Source of the DNA: the human T2T-CHM13v2.0 reference genome, Homo sapiens
Direction: 5' to 3' (one strand)
Assembly (NCBI RefSeq): GCF_009914755.1
Contig: NC_060947.1
Length of the DNA stretch: 64,000 bases
Each line of letters begins with the position of its first letter. Positions within the stretch are counted from its first letter, which is position 1. Shown here piece by piece: positions 1 through 49,263 of this stretch. The position numbers and the translations under genes are program-made. The notes beneath the pieces are model-generated. The model worked only from the letters and a program-made list of their open reading frames with translations. It searched no databases and was not told where the DNA came from.

Positions 1-1630
1 GAAGATTGAACAATAACACAAACAACCTCTTTGTGGGTTTTAGGTTCGGTAAAATTAGTTGGGATCTTAATGGCTGTCTAAAGCAGGAAGAGACAGAATT
101 TTAGTCTTTCTGAAGACTTCTGGGAACTCCTTTGAAAGTGATTTGTTACATTATCAGAGTTTTATGAGCTATCATTTGGTAAGGACACAAGGAAGGGATT
201 CCCAAGGCAGTTGTTAGTCTTTGGCCTGGGACAACAGATATGGCCATGGCCTTTGCCACTTCACCCACGTGGCTAAAGGTCACCACTAAGATGTAGTATT
301 CTCAGCTCTACCTACTCCCACCCCACCCCATCCCCCAAGAAAAACAACACATACAAAAATCTGGACACCTAGTTCTCCCCTAAGTGGGCTCCTTGGCTGA
401 TATCTTGGATCGTAGCACATTGCTGTGAACCATGGCAAGTCCTTTGTTTTACTGATAAGAGGGGGCTAGGTAAGAAAAAGACTCAAATGAGACACCTTAT
501 ACTCTCTTAAAACAAAAACTGGGATCCCAAAACAAATGGAGATACACATGCACAGACAAAAACTTTGCCCGAGTGTTGACAGCTATTCCCTGAGCCCAGG
601 CTGTACCCCAGTTCTGGCTAGCTCTCAGACAGCTCCCTGTACATAATTGGGTTTGAAATCTCGACCACTCTAACAAAGGATATTAATTCAAATAGGGTCA
701 GTGTGAACATGAAAACTAGCACAGGGTGGGCTAGCTAACCTGCCTGGTTTTAAAAAAAAACACCCCTAAACCCAAGTGTGAACATGTGATAACTGGGACA
801 TCCTGAATGCTTTCTATCTTTCAAGGGGGATGATATCCAGAATCTTTTTCTAAATGGGTTACATTTTATGTATAAGTGGGTTCAAGAAATGGACCTATAG
901 TGATCTTAGCTTATGTAATTCAACTCATTCAAAGCAGTAGTCTGCAGTCTCTTCCAACTATCACCAATAAATGAAGTACACATAACCTCCTTCTTGGATT
1001 GATGCTTTGAATACAATCTGACAAGTGGCTCAGAAGCCTGCTTGTGCCCTCACATTCTGTCTTAATAATAATTTAAAAAAAAGAAAATCACCTCCACGTC
1101 TCTCCAGATAAGGCAACTAAAATAACAGGGAGAAATGGAAATTTTACTGCTTTTTGGGCTTTTTCTTTTAATAAGATAACATGATAAATAAAACCTGCTT
1201 CTGTACAGCTATTTAATATTTCAGAAATACGTACATGTTACGTGCCAAGAAGGGACCCTGGTTTGCTTGTAAGAAACAAGGCGAGATCACAGTTGGAAAA
1301 AAAAACCCACAAACGAAATGAGAAAAAAACATACAAACAAATAATAGAGTGATAAAATCACAAATGCACAACTAACTATAGTTCTGTACCTACACTGTTA
1401 GCCACGTTTAACATGGTTTGGGGGAGCAGGAACCAACTCAATGCACAGTCCCTTTTCCTCCCAAAACTGAATGAGAAAACAAAGTCAGCACTTCTTAAAC
1501 CAGTGGCCACATAGTAAAAACTGTACATTGTTGTCCATTCATTTAAAAAGCAAAGTCACTAGGATGGTAGAAAAGTGATAACTGGTGCCTTTTAACTTTT
1601 TGATGAACACTTTTTCTCAGAGTTTGAGAA
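1..1630 (-). other. GPC4: GPC4 3' UTR (end not determined; probably continues past position 1)
   Basis: Directly downstream of the TAA; no obvious interspersed repeats; U-rich on the minus strand; ATTAAA hexamers at 1167-1172 and 1213-1218. Confidence 0.8.
587..594 (-). promoter_or_regulatory. miR-125-5p (lin-4 family) 8mer target site
   Basis: Plus-strand tccctgag reads CUCAGGGA in the mRNA, the canonical 8mer match to the miR-125 seed. Confidence 0.65.
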
Positions 1631-38148
<36,518 letters not shown>

Positions 38149-40590
38149 TCATGAAGTCCAAGAGGGAAAGGTTTGATTTAGGTTCATTTCAACCTGTGAG
38201 GCTCCTGCAAAGGCCCAGGCAACATGTGTATCTAACAAGTTCCAGGAAGTCTAAAAATATTCATTCCCTTTTTGAGAAAATAAAATAATAAAGCCCTCTC
38301 CAAAAAGCAAAAGAACTTTCCAATCAGAGAGATGGCTAAACCAACAGGAAAACTGGTGTAGTCAATAAACAATATAATATTCCGTGTCAACTAAAGTCTC
38401 TTTTATAAATTCCCAGAGATTCTCATATTCTATGCTAAATACTGCAGAAGTCATGCAAACGAGACACAGTTTTTCCAGATTTGGGAGTTTACACTCCAAG
38501 AGAGACTGTCCTTAATGACGAATGGTTTATAAAATATGTGACAACAGCCAAAAACTGAGCAAATACATGTGCAATAGTTATACTGTGGGGAAACAAAGGG
38601 ATTTGTGCATTTCAAGGGTTGCCAGCAAAGAGGAAACTATAGGGGTTTATGCTGGATAATCTGAGCCTATGATAAATCACAAAGGGGTGATGGTAATCCT
38701 CAATCCTTGAGTTTAAGATTTTTTTTATCCAATGTATTCTGTGCAGATGTCAGAGACTATATCTACCCTATGATTCTGTGTATGTAGCATCATCTCAGTA
38801 TAGACCAACAACTTCCAATAAACACCTTTATGTAGTGATGCAGCCCCAAGAGTCAAGGGAAATGTCAAAGACACATCACTCCACAGCAACCCAACCCACG
38901 AAGTATCTCCCTCCCTTATACCAACTGCATTTGGCTTGCAGTTTGGAGGTGAGGGTTGGGCGGGGGGTTTTTTCTATATGCCCCAGAGTTCCCCCCCTTG
39001 TTCTCCTCTGTCACAGAACAAAATTGTGCTTTGAAGAGACGATGTCTCTTCTCTTATAATGACCACAAGATGCAATGCCACTCAAAAATAAACCCCACTA
39101 GCTACTATCACTTCAGTCTCTCCAATATTAATTGGTGTGGTATAATTTTGTACACGTTTACAAGGATTGACTCTCACTGTTCCTTCTGCTATTGCTGTCC
39201 ATGTTCTATGCAAGTCAAAAGGGGTCTGAAAAGAGAGATGATCTGAGGAACTCAGGAATGAGTATACTGAAGACATGTGAACCTGTCAATGGTAAGTGTG
39301 ACCAATCAACAAAGGGATGGGGAATTAAAAGCTAATCATTCAAACAACACTAATCATGGAAAACGAAATGGTCCATGAGCTGGCCATTGCTGCTTCTTGG
39401 CCATGTGTACTTACAGGAAATAGGGCTTCACCTAATGGAGATATCAAAGCAGCTTTAGGGTAGCAGGGTATTTCAGATAAAATTGAGCTGGCAATTTATT
39501 TGACTAACACTAGATTGTCAACTGCACATATGCAAATAATTATATAATCATATATGTTCCCGATCATTCTTCCTTCCTGGCAGTTAAAAAGTAGGGAGAA
39601 TGTTAGTGCCCCCAAAAAAGGGGAGTATGCAGCATTAAAGGACCATGTAAGGAAGGCAGAAAGAGCAACAATCTTCAAATAACTTCCTCATCCAGAAACT
39701 GCTAAAAGTTTATTTTGGCATTTCTGAAAACCTTGGTCAATAAATAATTCTACTAACAGAAAAAAAAGGGAAAAAAAAGGTTGTGTAATCAAGTTTAGAG
39801 CTGTGAGTCTGCAGAATATCTTAGATCTCATTAGTGACAGAAGAGGGGTTGCTAAGGCTCGGTTTTATGGAAACACCTTTGTTACAACCAAAAACAAAAC
39901 TCCCTCTTCACTGGCTTAACAAGTTCACAGCAGGCCTTCGGTACTGGGACACATAATTAACACAGAAAGATTCAGTTGTCTCCTGGTTTCAGTGTTGAGG
40001 TAAGGGTTCCCTCCATTACAATCTAAACACATAAAACAATATGAAGGCCCCCAAATAGTACAGTGCTGTCACTATATTAAATAATACATATTATATTCAT
40101 ACCCCCTGTAGAAAATGAATTGGAATGCTCAGAATGAGAACCCACATAGGGTGATTTAAATGAATTACTTCATAATAAAGACTTTAAATAAAATTTTTAA
40201 AGATTGCTATAAGCTAAAATTCATCATAGGATAGGCTGTTTTTTCAAGCACCTGCAAAGATTCCATTGTGGTATGCATGAATTTTCAAGGCAAAATAACT
40301 TGTCAGTTTGGAAAATAAACTATACTCACCTAATGTTAACAGGGTTCACACCTAATAAAGGGTCACTTACTGGATCCTATCAAAATAGGTTTCTAAGTTC
40401 ACAGAAAAGTACCCATCATTTTTCCCTGCCCCCAGTGTACATGGGTACATGCACAAACACATGCGTACACACACACATACACCTCAAAGCAAGAAAATAC
40501 TAAGAGACAGCAGGAAATAATAATTTTCTCTGTTGAAGAAGGTGCTAGATGTTGACAGGTTTAAACTCACCCACAGGGAATTTATACTAA

Positions 40591-41103
<513 letters not shown>

Positions 41104-42912
41104 TGCAATATCTAATTTTAAAAAGAAAAAAATAGTGCACTTTCATCTCAGAGAGATCTTTCCGGGAAGATTTTGTCTAATGGTGAAAGGCTTGCCTTAT
41201 GTAAAGGACAACAACAGGGTAGATACTTGGCTAATGTTTCTGCTGGCAAAGTCGTCTGCCCCTCAGTGCAAAGTTCACACTTTGGGCCATATAGCCCCGA
41301 ATGCACCACTTATCCTGTCTGCATTTCTAAAAAGCGTTACTTGAAAATGTAATTTGACATTCTTGCCAAAAGCCCTGTGACACACGTAGTCCAAGACACA
41401 CTTGTGAATTAAACCCCAAGACATTCTTGGGCTACTGGGGATTCGGTGCCACAACTAGTTAGTGCTAATGAGAAGCACAGGGAGGAAAAGGAGGACAAGT
41501 CTGGGTACATTTGAAAATGAAATTATAGCTCCATGTTCTGGTAAAAAATCTTTGAAGACTTGAGCAACTAATTAAGTTTTTTTTTTTAACTTGAATATTT
41601 CTACTTTAAGCACCCAAAATGGTTTATTTTGAAGGCTAGGGCGTGCATATTATTTGAAAGGCATTCTGTCTTATGTGTTTGAGACTGCTTCTAAAATGCT
41701 GTGCCTGAGTGAGAAATCTTTTCTTTCTGGAGATTTCCTTTCTAAGCCCGGTGATCTTATATTCTTCTCACTGAAGAAAGATGCCACAATTTTTCCTTTA
41801 GGCTGAGAGAGCTGAACACGAGGACAACAGAATAAAGATGGGACAGGTAGACAGCCACTGTGGGGGTAGCATTGGACACTTGCACTTTTTAACAAGGGCT
41901 CTAGGTGATTCTGACCCTTCCTTAAGAATTGTTGTCAGAAAGGCTTCTGAATTCCAGCTGTGGAACAGCTGAGTATAGCAGTTAACCAGTTAGTCTACTA
42001 CCTTAGTGAATAGTAGATTATGATCTACAACTGCCATTTCTCTCCCCTATTTCCCTAATTCAATCTCCTGCTTCCATGGCTCTTGACATACAGTTTCTTC
42101 TTCATGTATCGCTTCTAGTCCATTAAGACTCTCCTGTCTGCTTTCCACTCTCTTTTCACTCTAACCATGTAGTTCTCTCTTATCCCACCCCACCTCTTAA
42201 GTGGTGCATAATATGAAACTGAAGGGTTTTTTTATTTGTTGTACTTGTTGAGAATTCCTTGTTCTTAATTTAAAAAGCAGGTGAATTCAATGCTTTATGG
42301 TTTTCCAAGGAAGCACCTAAATTAAGTTGCTTTTTGTACATGGCCCTTGATTAGTTTTTTTCTTTGTGGGTCAGTGGCCCTCAATAGAAAAAAGGTCCCC
42401 CAGCCCTGTCCTAGGAGGCTTGGATGGGATTCAATGAAGCGTGCTTTTAAAGCTTAACTCTCTGGCATTAAAAACAAAACAAAAAAAATCACTCGAAAGA
42501 GCCAAACTTTTTTCAATCACACCAGCTCTATGTAATTTCTCTTTAGTCTTAATATCAATGCCTTAGTTTTCAAAGCTGAACAAAGACAATCACAATAAAT
42601 TACTCTCAATCCTGCTGAGTGTGTATTGGTTCTTTTTTTTTGAGGCACTTCAAATCAATGGTTAAAGAAGTAGGCATTGAATATGAGGAATCTATTCCAT
42701 CATTTAACAGCGCTCTGAGGCAATCTGTGAAACTGTGCTTTCTCATTTTATCTCATTTACTCCTCTCACCAAAGGCTGCCTCTGATGTACAAATGGGGTG
42801 CGGCTAATGTTCGTTTATTTTCAGTTGCTCATAACTCAGCTTCCCATAGAAAATGTTATAAATGGTAGATAGGTGCTCAGGCCAGCCCTCAGCTTATTTA
42901 CTACTAACTTGA

Positions 42913-43283
<371 letters not shown>

Positions 43284-44203
43284 TGACTATTTTCAACTAT
43301 GTCTAACAACCATTTTCTATATCTCTCTCAGAAAATACATTTAGAAATCCAACTAGATGCCAAGAAAGTGTCTCTCCAATTCTCCCCACTTTTTTGGGAG
43401 GTGGGGCAGTAATAGAGGAATACCGGTAGTTACCACTTAGGGGTCAGCTTTCTTTCTGTACCTGCGGGAAATAAAGAAAATCTCTAGTGTTTACTCCCCC
43501 AGTGTCCTAAATGGAGAAAACAGAGCCAGAAAACATTGCAAGACACTGGTAGAGAACCCAGGCTTTGCCTGCACCAGTGGGATTTTTAAGGCAGACACTC
43601 TTGGTACTCGGACTAATTTTACCAATAAAGCAACCAAATGCCTATGGTAAATAAGAGAGACAAACTGTTCCTTAAGGGTAAGGACCGCAGTGAGGAACAT
43701 TTGAGAAGAACAGACTGGAAAGCACTATGAAAACTGCAAACATAAGAGACTATGATTTTGCATTGGCCTTTCTAGAAGAGTGCCTCACTTGAGTTATGAA
43801 GAAAACTTAGCTCTTTACAAGGGGTTTTTTTAAGGAGTGAATTTAAAAGGTTCCAAATATTTAAAACTACTTGGTTCTTTTATTCTGCAGAGATAACAGC
43901 AGCAGTCTAGGGATAATTAAGTTTTATCTAGAAGTCAGGAATATGGGTTTGAAGCCCAGCTCTACATGATTGGGAAGCTTTTGGTAAAGACTCTTGGGAA
44001 AGTCAGTTATCCACTGGAACCTTAAAACGAAAAAAGCCCTTTGAAAACAAGGAGGCATTATGTAAATGTAAGACAGTACAATTGCAAAACAAAGAAAGAA
44101 ATGAACATCTCTTATGCTCTGATAAGCTACTGAAGTTTCGTGTTAAGAACCATTTCTGACAACTTGTACTAGGTGAGGGAGGGGCGCCAGAAAAGCAGCA
44201 CCT

Positions 44204-45128
44204 TGTTAAGTTCAGCCTAAAGCTGCCTCCTTACACATTTAAAGTTTGGTTTAAAGGTTTCCCCGTACACAGTGAACTGTAACCTAAACTGGGTGTGTAA
44301 ACAGACTGTAACTTGCTCTTGCACCAATCACAGGTGGCCAACGGTTCAAACCATGTTCAAATAAGGAAATCACTGAGCTGTAACCAACTCAGCTGTTTCT
44401 GTACCTCACTTCCGTTTCCTGTACATCACTTTTCCTTTTCTGTCCATAAATCCTCTCCAACTACATGGCAGTACTGGAATCCCTCTGAACATATTCTGGT
44501 TGTGGGGAGGGGTGATCAATTTGCAAATCATTCTTTGCTCAGTTAAATTCTGTTAAAATTAATTTGTCTGTTACCAGTAGAGGGTCTTGACTGCAAGTTG
44601 TCCAGGTTCTTGGTGTTTTGAACAAATAATTGGACAAAATGCACAGCAAAGCAAGGAAAGAATGAAACAACAAAAGCAGAGATTTACAGAAAATTAAAGT
44701 ACACTCCACAGGGTGGGAGCCAACCAAGCAGTGGCTCATGGGCCCCAGTTACAGAATCTTCTGGGGTCCAAATACCCCCTAGAGGTTTCTATTGGCCACT
44801 TGGTGTTTACCCCATGCAAATGAAGTAGTGGCCTGCAATCAGAGGCTAAAATGAAGTTACAAAGTTACACTCCTATGCAAATGTCTGATTGGGAAAGCAA
44901 CCAATCAGAGGTACTTTCAATTTTCCTCCTGCCATGCAGAAAAAGGGGGAAGGCGGGGCGGGGCATGGTGTTGCAAAGGAAGTAGCCTCTGGTCCTTTTG
45001 TCACTTAAGCGTGGAAAGTTGGGGTTTTCCTTTCAATTTAGTTATAGGAAGTCAGCATGAATCAGCCTCAGGTTCCCTGCCTCCAGACCCTATTCTCCTG
45101 CCTCATGTCCAAAGTTTTTCTTTTAACA
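44204..45128 (+). mobile_element. MER57-like ERV1 solo LTR, split by a nested LTR
   Basis: Starts tgttaagttcagcctaaagctgcctcctt and ends aaagtttttcttttaaca (TG...CA); flanks acct/aact. Confidence 0.8.
44569..45105 (-). mobile_element. MER51-like ERV1 solo LTR
   Basis: Minus strand begins TGAGGCAGGAGAATAGGGTCTGGAGGCAGGGAACC and ends GGTAACA; 4-bp TSD tgtc. Confidence 0.82.
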
Positions 45129-45274
45129 AACTTTTCTTTTCTAGCTAGTTCAGAAAGATGTGGAAATAGGGCACATCAAGGAGCTGAACGGCATGCATAT
45201 GTGATGGTGAACTGATGGTGACCAAGCCATCAACCAAGGGATTCAAAGGGCCATCAAAAGCGAAGCCACAGGAG

Positions 45275-46005
45275 CTTAAGGAGACATGATGAGGAAATAT
45301 AATGTGATATCCTGGATGGGATCCTGGAACAGAATAAGTACATTGTGGGGAAAAAAACTAAGGAAATCAAACAAAAAGGTGTATGCAAATGTTCATAGCA
45401 GCATTATTCATAATAGCCAAATTTCCATCAGCAAATGAATGGATAAACAAAATGTGGTCTACTGTATCTGTAAATAGAATATTACTCAGCCATTGGAAGG
45501 AAGGAAATTCGGATACATGTTACAACATGGATGAATCTCAAAAACACTGCTAAGTGAAAAAAATCCACATTTATATAAAATGTCCAGCATAAGCAAATCT
45601 AGAGATAGAATGTAGATTCTTGGTTGCCCAGGGCTGGGGGAGAGGGGAAAGAATGAAAGTGAGGATGCCAGCTAAAAGGTACGGGGTTTCTTTCGGGGGT
45701 GATGAAAAATTGATTTTGGTGATGGAGGTACAACCTTGTAGATATACTAAAAGTCACTGTACACTTCAAATAGGTGAATTATTTGTTATATTAACTATAT
45801 CCCAATAAGACAGTTACCAAAAAACTCAGGAAATCAGAATTAAGTGTAGGCTTTAGTTCGTAATTATGCATCAATATTGGTTCATCAATCATGAGAAATA
45901 TACCCACCCTAATGTAAGATGTTAATAACGGGATACTGGGGGTGAGATATAGGAAAGTCTATGTGCTATCTTCCCAACTTCTGTAAATCTAAAACTCTTC
46001 TATTA
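45275..46005 (+). mobile_element. L1MC/MD-type 3' end with a nested L1MB-like fragment (about 45370-45820)
   Basis: gatatcctggatgggatcctggaacag...ctgtaaatctaaaact; the insert carries aatgttcatagcagcattattcataatagcc; TSD aaaaaact(a/c)aggaaatca. Confidence 0.72.
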
Positions 46006-46007
46006 GA

Positions 46008-46009
<2 letters not shown>

Positions 46010-46044
<35 letters not shown>
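46010..46044 (+). repeat. T35 homopolymer
   Basis: Read directly. Confidence 0.95.
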
Positions 46045-46048
<4 letters not shown>

Positions 46049-48388
46049 AAAGCAAGTCTTGGCTTTCAAATTAAAAAGCATAAATACATGTGGCCAGCGG
46101 GGAAAAACTTTCATCATGCTTTCAAAAATATAAATACTTGATGTAATTCTAATATTGGGGAGCTGTATTAAGCTATTATTTGCTGGAGCAATTTTCCTAA
46201 TCCCTCAATTGCTACTTTACTCTTTTTCTAATTTTTATTGTTCTAAACGTAAAATAATTCCTTGCTGTTGGTCTAAAGCATTACCAAAATAGTTTCTGTT
46301 CATTTCTTAGATCTAAATTCATGTAGCCACAAAGTGAACTAAAATGCAGGTTGCTATATAACTCCAGCCCCTCTAAGCTACCTAAGACCCCATGAGGAAC
46401 ATACAATGCTCTGCTTCATGGGAACAAAGAAAGAAAATCTCTAAAGGTTTTTAATAACTCCAGGGAGGTGGGGGGACGTGTACATTAATCCATCCTCCCT
46501 CCTTCCAAAAAGGAGTGAAATTACTGCATAAAATGTGCTATGTGCATCCAAAGCCTGGAGTCATCTGACCTTAATAACAAAGCACGTAAATTACAGTCAT
46601 TATGCAGATGTATGATTTGAGATCACCTACTAATCAGTAGGAGAAATGCAGCCAGTTAGCATTTTGCAAAACCTTGCCAAAATATAGCTCTGGAGGGCTT
46701 AAGACTGCCAATTATTTCTAGGTCCACTAATCCTGCAAGGTAGTATAGAGAAGGCCAGTCAGAAACACATACATTCAATAATCAGTTTTATTATATTTTT
46801 CTAAGAATAACTTTATGTAAGTGTAGTTGGAAGAGTTAGGGTTGCTACTTTAAAACTCTACACTTCATTTCAATGAGCTTATAATAGCTTTAAACTGCAC
46901 TCCAGACAGAAATCAACCAAGGCTTCTTACTGCTTTTCAAATGATAAGCAAATTGTCAACCAAGGTTAATATCTGACAATCTTAGATCCCCATTTTAACT
47001 ATACCAAAGGTTTATTAAGGCACACCAAACCAAACTGAGTGAATGGCCTGAAATGCACACTTTGACCTTGTGTTGCCATCACTTCTGAGCAGCTGAAGCA
47101 ACTGCATCTATTTTGCACATTTACAACCACTACCTCCAGGACTCAAAAGGAATAGTAATACTACTAGTGATTAACCCAAAACTCTCCAAAAATTCTGAGG
47201 CTCCTGTAAATACTTTCTAAGCAGTGCTAATAAAAGGCTCACAGAAGTGTGCTGGGGGACCTTGCGGGATAGCAAGGAGCAGACAGGAAAAGATGGAGCT
47301 CTCTTACTTGTTTTGCAACTAACAAAGGAGATCTTTTCTGTCAATAATTCAGGTGCACATATCTTGGTAGCATCGTTTGAGAATTTCTCTTAAGTAGCAA
47401 TTATGATTTTCACTAGGCTCATAATTTAACAGAAGGCCTAGGGATAAATAAATGATTCCAAATGCCTCTACGGATTTCATACTCATTCAAGTGATATGAA
47501 GGAGTCACATGTGAGTTTCAAGCTCTTTAAGAGAAAAACAAATACACAGACTTTGAAGGTGTTTGTTACATAGTGCCTATGAAATTAAGATTTCCACAAC
47601 TCTCCTCAAAGTCCTTCTTGTTTTATTGGTGAATTTTTCTCATACTCCCACTCCCCTAACTCTGAGGTTTTCTTTTTACAGAGAGTGAGATGAGAGACTG
47701 TATGGAGACTGAGATTCCCAGGGTTGATCACGTCTGTTAGAGCCCCAGTGATACATTCAGCTATGAATAAAAAGCAGCCTAGACAGAAAACGCCATTGGT
47801 GAGGACTTTTTTTCCCTCTGGAACCTGTATCCCCAAGCCACACATCATAATAGCTGGTAGACCAAGGCCTTAGCAGGGCCATCTCTGAGACAGCTGATCA
47901 GACCTGGCTTGGAAGGTCATGGTGATTCTCAGAGTAGGGGAGGGCTAGCCGCCAGCACTTTGCCCTTTCTTTGCATCTCCAGTGACTGCCCCAGTGGGCA
48001 GTCTCCTGCACACCATCACAGAAGACCTCGGAGAAAGCAAAAGGAAGAAGGTATCCTCAGGAAGACATCAGACACACCCCTTTCCTCCTCCCCTAGGGGC
48101 TGAATCAACACTGACTTCCAACAGCAGATGATTTTCCATATTATTTCCAAATAATCTCTAAAGAAGATCCTGGGAATCTCATTCTCAGATAGCCTGCCAC
48201 AGCCATTTAGAATTCACAGGAATATCCGAAATGGTTAACAGCTGAATTTGCTGCAAGTGTAGAAGAAAATACAGTTGGTGAGTGGGGAGGCTCACAGATA
48301 TCAGACATTTCAGACACCTGCTCTAATTGAATGATTAAAGTCTGCCTTCTTACGTACATTTCATGGATTGTGTGAGTCATAACAATTT

Positions 48389-48681
48389 GTTGTTGTTGTT
48401 GAGACACAGGGTCTCGCTTTGTCACCCAGGATGGAGCGCAGTGGCGTGAACATAGCTCACTGCAGTCTCGACCTCCTGGGCTCAAGTGATCTTCCCACCT
48501 CAGCCTCTCGAGTAGCTGGGACTACAGGGATGTGATACCACACCCGGTTAATTTTTGTATTTTTTGTAGAGATGGGGTTTCACTACATTGCCCAGGCTGG
48601 TCTCGAACTCCTGGCTCATGCAATCCTCCCCCTCAGCCTCCCAAAGTGCTGAGATTACAGGCATGAGCCACTGCACTCGGC
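48389..48681 (-). mobile_element. AluJ-like
   Basis: Reverse Alu; TSD gagtcat(a/g)acaattt. Confidence 0.93.
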
Positions 48682-49006
48682 TGAGTCATGACAATTTTTA
48701 ACATCAAATTATTTTCTCTTTTTTAGTAATTGCTTTCAGCTTAAACAAAAGGGAAGGTAAAAGCTGTCTTTAGCTTCTCTTAACCCTCCTTTTCACAATA
48801 TACCCAAAATTTCTCCCCTCAAAATACAGCGTGGTAAGAGGTTTTCAGTAAATTTACTGTCTAGAAAAAATATACCAGAAGAATAACATATTCATTCATC
48901 ATTAATTCTCCAAAAGATATTTCTCCAAATGGCTATCTAGAAAGCCTTTATGTAAACCCACCAATGGCAAAGTCCACTTCCTCACATAAAGAAAAATGAT
49001 TCTGGG

Positions 49007-49263
49007 ATGGGCACAGTGGCTCATGCCTGTAATCCTAGCACTTTGGGAGGTCAAAGTGGGAGGATCGCTTCAGCCCATGAATTCAAGATCAGCGTGGGCA
49101 ACATAGTGAGACCGTGTCTCTACAAAAAATTTAAAAATTAGCCAGGCATGGTGGCGCACACCTGTAGTCCCAGCTAGTCAGGCAGGCTGAGGTGGGAGAA
49201 TCGCCTGAGCCCAGGAGGCTGAGGCTGTAGTGAGCCATGATCATGCCACTGCACTCAAGCCTT
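49007..49263 (+). mobile_element. AluJ-like, 3' end missing or replaced
   Basis: Alu consensus to cactcaagcct, then a G-run. Confidence 0.9.
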
